The translations under genes and the position numbers were made by a program. A stretch of DNA of 64,000 bases from a bacterium. Its GTDB lineage: Bacteria; Bacillota_I; Bacilli_A; RF39; UBA660. Shown here in pieces: positions 1 through 10,824 of the stretch (positions within the stretch are counted from its first letter, which is position 1; every line of letters begins with the position of its first letter). The stretch covers positions 18,563 to 82,562 of the forward strand of contig JAHZBE010000002.1 in NCBI GenBank assembly GCA_019423565.1. The letters are read 5' to 3'. The notes beneath the pieces were generated by a model. It saw only the letters and a program-made list of their open reading frames with translations, searched no databases and was not told the origin of the DNA.

Positions 1-317
1 TTTTTATCATAAATTAAAAGATTATTTTCTATTAATTCATTTTTTATTTTAGTTAATTTATTTGTTTTATCTGATAAATTATTAACCGCATATTTTAAAT
101 TATTTAAATATATATTTGCTACATCATAATTCATATCATATTTTTTTATTAAATAGTATATACTTCTTTCATCATAAGTAAATGTTAAAGAATCAATTAA
201 TTCTTTTAAAGACATAAATTTAATATTATAAATTTTATCTAAACTTGATACTTCTTTTATAACATTTTCTTTCATGTTATTTGGAAGCACTAAAATCATA
301 TTATTTTCTATTAATTC
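1..317 (-). CDS. hypothetical protein, N-terminal portion only (gene continues past window start)
   Basis: Open minus-strand frame beginning MLNELIENNMILVLPNNMKE... from ATG at 315-317 with AGGTGA RBS 7 nt upstream; no stop before position 1. Not in the supplied ORF track, translated by eye. Confidence 0.4.
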
Positions 318-373
318 ATTTAACATATCATTCACCTTTTTAATTATAACATAACAAAAAAAATACGCCTATA

Positions 374-1147
374 TTAGCGCATTTCTTTTTTATATTTTTT
401 TACATCACAATCACTTATTATCTCATGAAGATATGGCATATCAATATTTTTTTGATTTGTTCTTATTAACTCATAATAACTTACTAAATCCATTAATGTT
501 TTAATTTTTTCTGCTCTGGACATATATTCATAATATGTTATATAGTAAAATTCCTTATTAAAAAGAGTTTCAAATATAAGCATCATCATAGTTATTCTAT
601 CTAATTCTTTAGTAACATTTTTTGTATCAAGTTTAACATTTCTAATATAATTAAGTAATATTTTTGAGGTCGCGAGTGGACTTCTTCCATTAATACCTGC
701 ATTTAATATATCTATGTAATATGCCTTTTTATCTTCTCCAATTCTTATATTTCCAGGATTAATATCTGATACAACAATATTTTCTTTATGAATCTTTTCT
801 AAAGTTTTAGACATATCTAAACAAAATAAAATTTTATCATATATATTACTAAATCTATGATTTATATCTCTTAAATCCTCACCTTTAATATATCTTTCTA
901 TTGTACCTATTAATGTACCATTGCTCATTATTTTGTGTTCTGGAATTACAATATTAATATCTTTTTTTATACCATTAAGTACTTCTAAATTTTCTTCTTT
1001 ATTTTTTGACAAATCTAAATCTTTACTTAAAAACATCTTATAAATTTTTTCATTTTTATCATCTAAATAAACTGTATTTTCACTACTTTCTACATCTAGT
1101 TTATTTAACTTACTAAAATCTATTTCATTAACATCAATTTTATCCAA
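374..1147 (-). CDS. protein-kinase-like fold phosphotransferase (CotS/APH-like), paralog 1
   Basis: 257 aa; D-x-x-x-x-N catalytic-loop-like motif (SDINPGNIRI) followed by YYID metal-binding-like segment; paralogous to the two downstream ORFs. Confidence 0.55.
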   Translation of the reverse strand: MDKIDVNEIDFSKLNKLDVESSENTVYLDDKNEKIYKMFLSKDLDLSKNKEENLEVLNGIKKDINIVIPEHKIMSNGTLIGTIERYIKGEDLRDINHRFSNIYDKILFCLDMSKTLEKIHKENIVVSDINPGNIRIGEDKKAYYIDILNAGINGRSPLATSKILLNYIRNVKLDTKNVTKELDRITMMMLIFETLFNKEFYYITYYEYMSRAEKIKTLMDLVSYYELIRTNQKNIDMPYLHEIISDCDVKKYKKEMR

Positions 1148-1148
1148 T

Positions 1149-1916
1149 TTACTTCACCTTCTTTGGTAATAATTCATATAAATATGGCATATCAGGTACT
1201 GTATGATATGTATATTTTAAGTCTTCAAAAACCTCTTTTAAATCTTTTAAAAACGTTAATTGTTCACTTTTTTCATCATAAGTATATTCTCCTATACTCA
1301 TAATATTTTTTTCAAATACAACTCCAAAAAGTGATAATAAAAATGAAACTCTATCCATATTCATATCTCTTTTTTGTCTATAATTCATCCAATCATAAAA
1401 ACCACTTGTAACATTTGGAATAAATGTTGGCTTAAAATCTTCAATACCATAACCTTCTACATCAATAAAGTAAACTTTATTTTTATCATCTACAATAATA
1501 TTATCAAAATGCATATCACCTACAACGATATTTTTACCACAATAATGTAGTTTTCGAAGTTTTTTAGATGCATCTATAATATTATCAAGTGCATAAGAAA
1601 CACCTTTTCTAATTGCTAAATCATTAATAGTCTCAGAACTTTTAATAAATTTACTTGCTACACATTTTAAAGTATCACCATCATAGAAACATTTTTCTGG
1701 TGTAACTAAAAAATCAAGATTAACGCTATCAAACAAAGATATTTTTCTTTTTATTTCATCAACTTGACTTTCATCAACATTTTCTAAATTAAAAATTTTA
1801 TATAAATATTCATTATCTATATAAAGTTTATTTGAACATAACACATCTTTTAGTTCTTGTAATTTATTTAAATTTAAATTGTTAAACTCTAACTTTTCCA
1901 ATTTTTTCACCTGCAT
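1149..1916 (-). CDS. protein-kinase-like fold phosphotransferase (CotS/APH-like), paralog 2
   Basis: 255 aa; GDMHFDNIIV...YFIDVEGYG motif; shared C-terminal DMPYLYEL motif with neighbours; 1 nt from paralog 1 (operon). Confidence 0.55.
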   Translation of the reverse strand: MQVKKLEKLEFNNLNLNKLQELKDVLCSNKLYIDNEYLYKIFNLENVDESQVDEIKRKISLFDSVNLDFLVTPEKCFYDGDTLKCVASKFIKSSETINDLAIRKGVSYALDNIIDASKKLRKLHYCGKNIVVGDMHFDNIIVDDKNKVYFIDVEGYGIEDFKPTFIPNVTSGFYDWMNYRQKRDMNMDRVSFLLSLFGVVFEKNIMSIGEYTYDEKSEQLTFLKDLKEVFEDLKYTYHTVPDMPYLYELLPKKVK

Positions 1917-1922
1917 TATCTT

Positions 1923-2712
1923 TTAGTATTTCTTATAATTTAAAGGATCTATAACCTCATGAAGATATGGAACGTCAATTTTCTTTCTTCTTGATTTAAT
2001 TAGCTTAAATGAATCATATAAATTTTTTAAACACTTTATTTCATCTTCTTTTTCTTCATATTCTGAATATGAAATTTCATTAACACTTTTATTAAATAAT
2101 AAATTAAAATACATAAGTAAAAAAGTTATTTTATCCATCTCTTTGGTAATTTTTTTAGGTTGTATATTTTTTACTATGTAAATGTTCTTTAAGTAAATAT
2201 GAAACTGTATTATTATCTAAATTTTCTACTCTATATGATAAAGTATCTATATAATGTGATTTATAATTTTCATCTATACGAATATTTGCTGAATTTAAAT
2301 CCGCTACTACTACTTTTTCTTCATGTATATCTTGTAATGACTTTGATGCATCTAAAAATATTTTCATTATGTGATTTATATCACGATATTTAATAAATAT
2401 ATCATCCAAATTTATACCAGGTACATATTTTTCAATAGTACCACAAAAATGTCTATCAAATATTGTTGTATCTGGTACAATCATTTTTCCTTTTTTATTT
2501 TTTCTTTGTAATAAATCTAACTTTACTAATTTATAAGATAATTCACACAAGTCTTCGGTTTTAAATATTTTATATATTCTCTGTTTTTCTTTATCAACAT
2601 ATATATCACTTTCTAAAGAATCATAATCTAATTTCATAAGTTTATTAAAATCAATATCATTATAACTAATTCTATCCATATAAACCCCTTCTTTGACCAT
2701 GTATTTTACCAA
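1923..2712 (-). pseudogene. kinase-like paralog 3, frameshifted (ORFs 2155..2712 plus 1923..2138)
   Basis: N-terminal ORF (185 aa, ADLNSANIRI...HYID) and C-terminal ORF (71 aa, ...IDVPYLHEV) together align to the full length of paralogs 1 and 2. The frames switch inside a 7-nt homopolymer (tttttttt at 2150-2156, A7 on the coding strand). Confidence 0.55.
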
Positions 2713-2732
2713 AAAAGAAAAAAAGAGTCAAA

Positions 2733-3461
2733 TTACTCTAAGATTTTATTTGAGTCCATATATGGTATTCTTTCATATAAAATAAGTTTATCATTTATAT
2801 CAACAGTTGCAAGTAAAATATCGTGTACTTTTTTCCCCTTACATTTTAACTCATGTAATAACCATTCTGTATCTTTTCCAATATTAATTAAGTTATCATC
2901 CATTATATTACCATCTATTATGACATTAGCACATAATCCTTGTTTTTCTATTTTTAACTTCATATCTTTAACCGTTATATTTTTATATTCTCCTTTAGGT
3001 AAAAAACTAATTTTACCATTTGCCTCTAATATAGCAAATTCAATTTCACTTAAATCAAAATATCCCATTTCTCTTGCTTGACTTAATAAATCATTAACAT
3101 CTATCATACTTTTTTTCATATTTTTATATATTAATTTACTATTTTCCATAAGTACAGTTGGAGTTCCTACAAAAAACTTTCTTAATTTTAAACTTTTAAT
3201 TGTTAAAATAGAAATAAAATAAGCAAGAATACCAAACACTATTATCGCAAGCATTGAATTAAAAAATTTAGCTTCTAAATTTATTGCCATTTCTGATGCA
3301 AAATTACCAATTGATATTCCAACAACATAATCAAATAAACTAAGTTCTGAAACTTGTTTCTTACCTAGTAATTTTGTCATAAAAAATAGTGTTGTCATTG
3401 CAGCAATACATCTAATTATGACCTTGAACATATCCGAATTAAAAAAATCCATATTAATCAC
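2733..3461 (-). CDS. YetF/DUF421 family membrane protein
   Basis: N-terminal TM helices followed by the conserved soluble domain (SQAREMGYFDLSEIEFAILEANGKISFLPK), closely matching B. subtilis YetF-type proteins. Confidence 0.8.
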   Translation of the reverse strand: MINMDFFNSDMFKVIIRCIAAMTTLFFMTKLLGKKQVSELSLFDYVVGISIGNFASEMAINLEAKFFNSMLAIIVFGILAYFISILTIKSLKLRKFFVGTPTVLMENSKLIYKNMKKSMIDVNDLLSQAREMGYFDLSEIEFAILEANGKISFLPKGEYKNITVKDMKLKIEKQGLCANVIIDGNIMDDNLINIGKDTEWLLHELKCKGKKVHDILLATVDINDKLILYERIPYMDSNKILE

Positions 3462-3485
3462 CTAAAATTAGTATGGATTTATTTT

Positions 3486-3953
3486 TTAGTTTAATACAAA
3501 AACTCCAAAATTTAAATATGATGCGAATAAGAGCCATAATAAGTATGGTATTTGAATATATGCTGCTTTTTTACTTATTTTATAGAATGTAAATATCATT
3601 GTAATTACAAATACTATTAACATAAGTATCCAAAGAAATGCTAAAAAATATTCTTTAAATCCAAAGAAAATTGGTGTCCAAAGTGCATTTGTAACAAGTT
3701 GTATATAATATATTAATTTTGCATTTTTTTTGAGTTTTCTTTTAGACTGCATAATAATATATATTGAAATTCCCATTAACATATAAAGTATTGTCCATAC
3801 AATGGGAAAAACAATAGATGGTGGAGAAAACGGTGGTCTATTCAAAGAATTATATACATTCATACTTTTAAACACAAAAATACTTGGAATTACACCTATT
3901 AAGATAGTAGTAATTATATAAAATAATAATTTTTTTATATCTAAATTTTTCAT
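3486..3953 (-). CDS. tspO: TspO/MBR family tryptophan-rich sensory protein
   Basis: 155 aa, 5 TM; N-terminal NRPPFSPPSIVFPIVWTILYMLMG and NALWTPIFFG motifs typical of TspO. Confidence 0.8.
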   Translation of the reverse strand: MKNLDIKKLLFYIITTILIGVIPSIFVFKSMNVYNSLNRPPFSPPSIVFPIVWTILYMLMGISIYIIMQSKRKLKKNAKLIYYIQLVTNALWTPIFFGFKEYFLAFLWILMLIVFVITMIFTFYKISKKAAYIQIPYLLWLLFASYLNFGVFVLN

Positions 3954-4024
3954 AGTAACCTCCTATTTTAATATTATATATTTTTGAGATTTTTATACAA
4001 AAAAAGTTATATTTTTCATATAAC

Positions 4025-4696
4025 TTATTTTATCTTTAACTTAGGGAATGCTTTAACAAGTCTTTTTTTTGCATATTTAGCATTATTCATTATAAAGTCT
4101 TTTACTTTAGCAGTTATTTCTTCTGTAGAATCTTTTTTAATATTTCTTACTGTTGATTTTAAATTAAATATAATCTTAGTTGACATACATAAATCAAATA
4201 TAAATACTAAAGCAAGTACTATAGATACCACAGTTAATAAAAAATCTGGAATATGTGATAACATTCTTAAGAAAAATGGATTTACTATATACATAATAAA
4301 CATACCACCAAGTCCAAATGGTATCATTGTTTCAAGACATATTCTTCCATTAATGTTAAATTTTCTTCTTGAATAATCCCACCATCTTATTTTAAATATT
4401 TTTTCCATAAAATAACTTGTGAAATATTCTAAAAATGAGAATAATAATATACTCATAATAAATAATGTAAATGGATCATTTATATATCTATTTAATAATA
4501 AAATCATAGATAGGCATCCTACACCATATATTGGGCAATATGGACCAACTAAAAATCCTCTATTTACAAACTTTCCTTTTTCAATTAATTTACCTATTAC
4601 TTCAATTGCCCACCCTGTAAATGAATACATTAAAAAGAGCAAAGATAATATTCTAATATCATAATTCATATTTATACCTCTTCTATAATAATACAC
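4025..4696 (-). CDS. membrane protein, putative ABC-transporter type IV (DUF1113/CmpB-like) family
   Basis: GWAIEVIGKLIEKGKFVNRGFLVGPYCPIYGVG and RWWDYS motifs characteristic of PF06541-type proteins; multi-pass membrane. Confidence 0.5.
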   Translation of the reverse strand: MYYYRRGINMNYDIRILSLLFLMYSFTGWAIEVIGKLIEKGKFVNRGFLVGPYCPIYGVGCLSMILLLNRYINDPFTLFIMSILLFSFLEYFTSYFMEKIFKIRWWDYSRRKFNINGRICLETMIPFGLGGMFIMYIVNPFFLRMLSHIPDFLLTVVSIVLALVFIFDLCMSTKIIFNLKSTVRNIKKDSTEEITAKVKDFIMNNAKYAKKRLVKAFPKLKIK

Positions 4697-4939
4697 ATAT
4701 TATTTTAACAAAAATGCAAAATGTATACAACTTAATATGTTGTTTTTACATTCTGTTTACATTTATTTTTAAACATAAATATGGAATTTACCATAAAAAA
4801 GTATATATTATAAGAGATGATAAAAGTCTTACTAAAATTGGTAACAAAAAAAAATCAATTACTGTTGTTCAAAATCAAATAGTTTATTATTCTGAAAAAT
4901 ACGTTAATAAATAAAAAAAGATACACATTTTGTGTACCT

Positions 4940-5764
4940 TTACATAGTTCTTGCATGAGTCATAGGATTTTCTGCAACTATTTCTTCTCTTTTTTGTTTT
5001 AATAAATTTAATTTGATATTAATCGCATCTAATTCATTTTTTAATGTTGATCTTCTTTTTAATAGATCTTCAGTAACTTTTTCACCCATATGTCCATACC
5101 AAGCTTCATTAAATTCTGAATTGATTTGTTTTTGTTTTTTTACACTTTCAATAATATCTGCTTGAACTGCATCTAATCTGTCAAATCTATCTCTTTCTTC
5201 CATAGAGATTTCTCTTCCTGACTCATTTGTATATTTGTTATTATCAACTATTTCTTTAATTTGATCTCTTAATTTTTTTGTTTCTTCATCATAATGTTTA
5301 GCAGTTTCCTCTTTTGCATACTTCGAAGCATTTTGTATATTTTTTAATTCTTCTTTATTTCTTTGAAGTCTTTTGATTTCACTTCTTATTTTTGCAATAC
5401 GTTTTAAATTTTCTCCAGCAGATAAAGAAGTATTTACAGTTTCTGTATATGATTCATTAGCTTCATTACTTTTTGCTTCATCATGTTCTACATTTTCCTT
5501 TGGTGTTTCTGATTTATTAATTACTTCTTCATCTTTTTTAGTGTTATTTACATTTTTAGGTTCTTCTGCTTTTTTATCAGTATCTTGTTTTTTTGAATCT
5601 TTATTTTGTATATTTAATTCTTCTTCATTATCAAAATCAATTTCTTCATCTATAAGATCATCGGGTATTATAAATTTATTTTTTATAAAATTTAATCCTT
5701 TTCTTATAGTTTTAAATAATCTAAATTTTGGTTTTTTTACCTTCTTTTTTGGAATCTCATTCAA
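4940..5764 (-). CDS. hypothetical K/E-rich coiled-coil protein (TTG start)
   Basis: 274 aa, highly charged low-complexity plus coiled-coil segments; start codon on minus strand is TTG; same frame as upstream ORF, separated by one TAA. Confidence 0.35.
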   Translation of the reverse strand: MNEIPKKKVKKPKFRLFKTIRKGLNFIKNKFIIPDDLIDEEIDFDNEEELNIQNKDSKKQDTDKKAEEPKNVNNTKKDEEVINKSETPKENVEHDEAKSNEANESYTETVNTSLSAGENLKRIAKIRSEIKRLQRNKEELKNIQNASKYAKEETAKHYDEETKKLRDQIKEIVDNNKYTNESGREISMEERDRFDRLDAVQADIIESVKKQKQINSEFNEAWYGHMGEKVTEDLLKRRSTLKNELDAINIKLNLLKQKREEIVAENPMTHARTM

Positions 5765-5785
5765 AATTTCTCCATCTAAAAATTC

Positions 5786-6304
5786 TTACTCATTAAATTT
5801 TTCTTCTTTTGTCATATCTTTTTTCCTCTCAACATTTTTATTATTTTTCTTTATCTCATTTACTTTTAACGATACAAATACAGATAATACTGTATTTTCT
5901 TTATTTGTTATACGATTATTTTCATCTAAATAAAATTTTTCTGGTAATTTTAATTCTTTAGCTGATTTAGATATATCAATTGATGTACAATTTTCATCTA
6001 ACTTTATATCCACATCAGGTTTTAATCTTTTTAAATCTTGTTCAAACTTACGTATTTCCTTCTCTGATAATATCATTTCATAAGCATTTGTTACTTCAGC
6101 AAGGTAGTTTTCCATACTTCTTTCTTCATAATTTTCTATCTCATCATTTAACCATTTAATTAAATTGTTTGTCGCATCATCATATTCAGAAACGTTTCTT
6201 AATAATTCCATTTGTAAATCAGTTAAATTAACATCTTTATTACCTTTAAAATATTTATTAGTTATTTCAAGTATTTTTTCCATATTTAATTTCTGATTTT
6301 CCAT
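5786..6304 (-). CDS. hypothetical protein
   Basis: 172 aa ORF; no recognised domain. Confidence 0.35.
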   Translation of the reverse strand: MENQKLNMEKILEITNKYFKGNKDVNLTDLQMELLRNVSEYDDATNNLIKWLNDEIENYEERSMENYLAEVTNAYEMILSEKEIRKFEQDLKRLKPDVDIKLDENCTSIDISKSAKELKLPEKFYLDENNRITNKENTVLSVFVSLKVNEIKKNNKNVERKKDMTKEEKFNE

Positions 6305-6457
6305 TTGAAATACCCCCTTTTCAAAAGACGGCCATTATATTAACATACAAGTACTTTTTTGCCAATTTTTTTGAAAAGATTGCAAATTCATAAAAATAAT
6401 AGTATAATTGTAGTCGTTAATCTTATTAACTTTGATTCTATAAAGAAAGGAGAAAAA

Positions 6458-8140
6458 ATGAAATTATTTGAAAATAATTTAGATACTAAGATTTTTGCTT
6501 TAGGTGGTCTTGGGGAAGTTGGAAAAAACATGTATTGCATAATGCATGGGAATGAAATAATAATTATTGATAGCGGTGTATTATTTCCTGAAGACTCACT
6601 TCTTGGTATAGATTATGTTATTCCTGATTTTGGTTTCTTAAAAAGAAATGAAGACAAAATTAAAGGATTATTTATAACACATGGGCATGAAGATCATATT
6701 GGTAGTATTAATTTTTTATTACAATCTGTTAATATTCCAGTAATATATGCCCCTAATCAAGCAGCAAAACTTATTAAAAAGAAATTAATTGATAGAAATA
6801 TTAAATATGATAATATTGTTATTTTTGATGAAAACACTAAAGTTAAATTCAAAAATTTAGAAGTTGAATTTATTTCAACAACACATTCAATTCCAGATAG
6901 CTTTGCAATCGTTGTTAATACACCAAACGGTACAATAGTTGAAACTGGAGACTTTAAATTTGATTTTACACCAATAGGTCCAATGGCTGATTTACATAAA
7001 ATGGCTAGAATTGGTGAAAAAGGTGTAACACTTTTAATGAGTGAAAGTACTAATGCATTAAATCCAGGTATGTCACTTAGTGAATCTAGAGTAGATGCAA
7101 CTTTAAGTGATCTATTTCAAAGACAACTTGGTAGAATAATAATTGCTACATTCGCATCAAATGTTTATAGATTAAAACATATAATTGAAACTTGTAAAAA
7201 AAATAATAGAAAAGTAGCAATATTCGGTAGAAGTATGGAAACTCAAATAGAAATTGCTTTAGAAGCAGGTTATATAAAGGATAAAAATATATTTGTAACA
7301 CCTGAAGAAGCAAATGCATTAAAACCTGAAGAAGTATGTTTATTATGTACTGGATCACAAGGTGAACCACTTGCAGCTCTATCTAGAATTGCTAATGGTA
7401 CTGATAAAAAAATTAAATTACTTCCAAGTGATACAGTAATATTTTCTTCATCACCTATTCCAGGTAATGCACAAGCTATATCTGTAACTTTAAATAAACT
7501 TGCTTTAAAAGGAGTTAAAACTTATACAAATACATCATTAAATGAAATACATTCATCTGGTCATGGTAACCAAGAAGAATTAAAATTAATGCTTAGATTA
7601 ATGAAACCTAAGTATTTAATGCCTATACATGGTGAGTATAGAATGTTAAAAGCTCATGCTGATTTAGCTGTAAGCTGTGATGTTCCAAGAGAAAATACAT
7701 TTATAATGCAAAATGGTGAAGTTTTATCCATGTTAAATGGAAAGGTAAGAAAAGACAGAAGTTTCCCATGTTATGACATTTATGTAGATGGTAACAGAAT
7801 TGGTGATATTGGTAATGTTGTTATCAAAGATAGAAAAATAATGGCTAATGATGGAATACTTGTTGTTATTTGCAATATAAATGCACAAAAGAAATTATTA
7901 CTTGGAAAAGTAAATATTACAACTAGAGGATTTGTTCTAGTTAATGAAAATGAAGAATTATTAAAAGAAATAGAAAATAAAGCGTTCGAAGTTATAGTTA
8001 AAGAACTAAAAAATAAGAAATTTAATTATACAGAACTTAAGAATCAAATAGTTAATGAGATAAGTCCATTTATAATGGATAGAACAGGTAGAAAACCAAT
8101 TGTTCTTCCTGTAATTATGGATATAAAAAATAGCGATTAA
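6458..8140 (+). CDS. rnj: ribonuclease J (metallo-beta-lactamase/beta-CASP RNase)
   Basis: Start chosen at ATG 6458 with AGGAG RBS (track ORF starts earlier at 6359); HGHEDHIG motif, beta-CASP and C-terminal domain, about 560 aa. Confidence 0.9.
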   Translation: MKLFENNLDTKIFALGGLGEVGKNMYCIMHGNEIIIIDSGVLFPEDSLLGIDYVIPDFGFLKRNEDKIKGLFITHGHEDHIGSINFLLQSVNIPVIYAPNQAAKLIKKKLIDRNIKYDNIVIFDENTKVKFKNLEVEFISTTHSIPDSFAIVVNTPNGTIVETGDFKFDFTPIGPMADLHKMARIGEKGVTLLMSESTNALNPGMSLSESRVDATLSDLFQRQLGRIIIATFASNVYRLKHIIETCKKNNRKVAIFGRSMETQIEIALEAGYIKDKNIFVTPEEANALKPEEVCLLCTGSQGEPLAALSRIANGTDKKIKLLPSDTVIFSSSPIPGNAQAISVTLNKLALKGVKTYTNTSLNEIHSSGHGNQEELKLMLRLMKPKYLMPIHGEYRMLKAHADLAVSCDVPRENTFIMQNGEVLSMLNGKVRKDRSFPCYDIYVDGNRIGDIGNVVIKDRKIMANDGILVVICNINAQKKLLLGKVNITTRGFVLVNENEELLKEIENKAFEVIVKELKNKKFNYTELKNQIVNEISPFIMDRTGRKPIVLPVIMDIKNSD

Positions 8141-8160
8141 TTAGTCGCTATTTTTATTTT
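8118..8160. terminator. bidirectional intrinsic terminator shared by convergent rnj and pnp
   Basis: Imperfect palindrome tagcgattaattagtcgcta flanked by A-run/T-run; overlaps both stop codons (8138-8143). Confidence 0.4.
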
Positions 8161-10315
8161 CTTCTTTTACTTCTTGTTTTGGAAGTGCTTCTTTTCTAGA
8201 TAAATTAAGTTTACCTTTTTTATCGTATCCGGTTGCTTTTACCAATATTTCATCACCAACAGATACAACATCACTTGGTTTTTCAACTCTTTCATTTGCA
8301 AGTTGTGATACATGTACAAGACCTTCACAACCTTCCCATAGTCTAACAAAGCATCCAAAGTCATGAATATCTACTACTTTTCCTGTGTAAATCTTTCCTA
8401 TTTCTACTTCTCTAGCTACATTTTCTATCATTTCTCTTGTTTTAGCAATAATATCTTTATCCATATGATAAATAGTAACTGTACCATCATCTGCTAAATC
8501 AACTTTAACAGCATTAACATCATTTACACTATTAACATGGCTTGCTTCTAATATGATTTTAGTAATCATATCTCCACCTTTACCAATAACATCTTTAATT
8601 TTATCAGGATTAATTTTAAAGATTTCTGTTTTAGGTGCATATTTAGATACTTCTTTTCTAGGTTCAGCAATAATTCCTTCCATCATATCAAGTATCTTCA
8701 TTCTTGCTTCTTTTGCTTGTGCTAAAGCTTCTTTTAATATTTGTTTTGTAATACCTTTAATCTTGATATCCATTTGAAGTGAACAAATACCTTTTCTTGT
8801 TCCACCTACTTTAAAGTCCATATCACCTAAATGGTCTTCCATACCTTGTATATCAGTTAGTATTGTATAATCTTTTTCATCTTTTGATGTTATAAGTCCC
8901 ATAGCAATACCCGCAACTGGAGCTTTTATTGGTACACCTGCGGCCATTAAACTCATACATCCAGCACATATTGTAGCTTGTGAACTTGATCCATTTGATT
9001 CTAGTATTTCAGAAACTACTCTAACTGTATATGGAAATTCTTCTTCACTTGGCATTACTTGTTTTAAACATCTTTCACCAAGTGCACCATGACCTATTTC
9101 TCTTCTACCAGGAGCACCATATCTTCCTGTTTCACCTACTGAAAATTGTGGAAAGTTATAATGTAACATAAAATGTTTTTCTGCTTCTAAACTTATTCCA
9201 TCAAGTGCTTGATATTCATTTAAAGCACCAAGTGTAGTAACTGCTAGAGCTTGTGTTTCTCCTCTTGTAAATACAGCAGATCCATGTGTTCTCGGAAGAA
9301 TATCAATTTCACCACTAAGAGGTCTTATTTCATTCATAGCTCTTCCATCTGCTCTTGTTTTTTCATTAACAGTAATTGATCTAAATATATCGTATTCTAT
9401 TGATTCTAATACTAGTTTTACTTTTGTTAATAGAATATTTAATTCATCTTTATCTAAATCGCTATTTTCTTCTTCATATTTAGAAACAACTTCTTTTTTA
9501 ACATTGTCTATTGCTTCATATTTGGCAAGTTTTTCTTTTATTCTCATTGCAGAATCTAACTTGTCTGCTGCAAGACCTTTTACTTCTTCTCTTAGCTTAT
9601 CAGTTATGTCTAATTTTTCATATTCCATTTTAGGTAATCCTATTTCTTTAATAATAGTTTTTTGGAATTCACATAACTCTTTAACTGCTTCATGACCAAA
9701 CATTAATGCTTCAAGCATATCTTCTTCTGATACTTCTTTTGATCCTGCCTCAACCATGTTTATTGCTTCTGTAGTTCCCGCAACTGTTAAATCAATATCT
9801 GATTTTTCAAGTTCATCGGGTGTTGGATTTATAATAAATTCTCCATTTACTCTACCAACTTTTACACCTGCGATTGGACCATCAAATGGTATTTGTGAAA
9901 TACTTGTTGCTAGTGAAGAACCAAACATTGCTGCTAATTCTGGTGAATTATCAGTATCAACTGATAAAACTGTATTAACAACTTGTACCTCATTTCTAAA
10001 ATCTTCTGGGAACATTGGTCTCATTGGTCTATCAATCATTCTTGCTGCTAAAGTTGCAGCATCTGTTGGTCTACCTTCTCTTTTAATAAATCCTCCAGGA
10101 ATTTTACCAACAGAATATAATTTTTCTTGGTATAAAACCATAAGTGGGAAGAAATCAGATAAAATATTTGCATTATCAGATACAACTGCTGTAGATAAAA
10201 TAACTGTATCACCATATCTTACTAAAACTGCTCCATCTGCTTGTTTTGCATATTCACCTTGTTCTATAACTAGTTTTCTTCCCCTAAAATCTAATTCAAA
10301 TACTTTTTTACTCAT
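8141..10315 (-). CDS. pnp: polyribonucleotide nucleotidyltransferase (PNPase)
   Basis: 724 aa; two RNase PH domains, KH and S1 domains; N-terminus [30 protein letters not shown] is canonical. Confidence 0.95.
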   Translation of the reverse strand: MSKKVFELDFRGRKLVIEQGEYAKQADGAVLVRYGDTVILSTAVVSDNANILSDFFPLMVLYQEKLYSVGKIPGGFIKREGRPTDAATLAARMIDRPMRPMFPEDFRNEVQVVNTVLSVDTDNSPELAAMFGSSLATSISQIPFDGPIAGVKVGRVNGEFIINPTPDELEKSDIDLTVAGTTEAINMVEAGSKEVSEEDMLEALMFGHEAVKELCEFQKTIIKEIGLPKMEYEKLDITDKLREEVKGLAADKLDSAMRIKEKLAKYEAIDNVKKEVVSKYEEENSDLDKDELNILLTKVKLVLESIEYDIFRSITVNEKTRADGRAMNEIRPLSGEIDILPRTHGSAVFTRGETQALAVTTLGALNEYQALDGISLEAEKHFMLHYNFPQFSVGETGRYGAPGRREIGHGALGERCLKQVMPSEEEFPYTVRVVSEILESNGSSSQATICAGCMSLMAAGVPIKAPVAGIAMGLITSKDEKDYTILTDIQGMEDHLGDMDFKVGGTRKGICSLQMDIKIKGITKQILKEALAQAKEARMKILDMMEGIIAEPRKEVSKYAPKTEIFKINPDKIKDVIGKGGDMITKIILEASHVNSVNDVNAVKVDLADDGTVTIYHMDKDIIAKTREMIENVAREVEIGKIYTGKVVDIHDFGCFVRLWEGCEGLVHVSQLANERVEKPSDVVSVGDEILVKATGYDKKGKLNLSRKEALPKQEVKEENKNSD

Positions 10316-10415
10316 AAAATTCTCCTCTAACTATATTTTACCACAATAATCTAATTTTAAATATTATATTTTGCTTTTTTCTATTATTTTTACAAAAGAA
10401 AAAGCACATAAGTGC

Positions 10416-10685
10416 TTATTTTCTTAATCCTAATCTTTCGATTAATTTACGGTATCTATTAATATCTGTCTTTTTAAGATATTCAAGTAAATTACGACGT
10501 TTACCAACTTTCATAAGTAAACCTTTTTTTGAATGATAATCATGAATGTTTACTTTTAAGTGTTCTGTTAAAGTCTTAATTTCTTTAGTTAGAATAGCTA
10601 TTTGTACTTCTGGAGAACCAGTGTCACCTTCGTGAGTAGCATATTCTTTAATTATGTTTTCTTTTTCAGATTTCTTTAATGCCAT
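10416..10685 (-). CDS. rpsO: 30S ribosomal protein S15
   Basis: 89 aa; [16 protein letters not shown]...[23 protein letters not shown] canonical S15; upstream of pnp as in most bacteria. Confidence 0.95.
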   Translation of the reverse strand: MALKKSEKENIIKEYATHEGDTGSPEVQIAILTKEIKTLTEHLKVNIHDYHSKKGLLMKVGKRRNLLEYLKKTDINRYRKLIERLGLRK

Positions 10686-10824
10686 TTTACTTTCCTCCTA
10701 TAATAATATTTGCCTTAAACCTAGTATATGGTTCGGAGAATCCGATAACCAAGCAAAAGGTATGTATTTAATATACATTAAATCGTAAATAAAATCAATA
10801 CTTTTTATAAATTATTTGAGTACT

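Noticed and set aside
5373-5933. 186-aa plus-strand ORF (and similar plus-strand ORFs at 9756..10349, 3984..4376, 11016..11267, 21767..22081, 36171..36467)
   Set aside because: They lie antisense within well-supported minus-strand genes (pnp, the coiled-coil protein, etc.) and have low-complexity S/F/L-rich translations typical of antisense frames of AT-rich coding DNA, with no RBS.
10686-10824. Possible riboswitch or T-box upstream of rpsO
   Set aside because: No recognisable riboswitch consensus. The region is more likely the autoregulatory S15 leader and promoter, which cannot be defined without a structure search.
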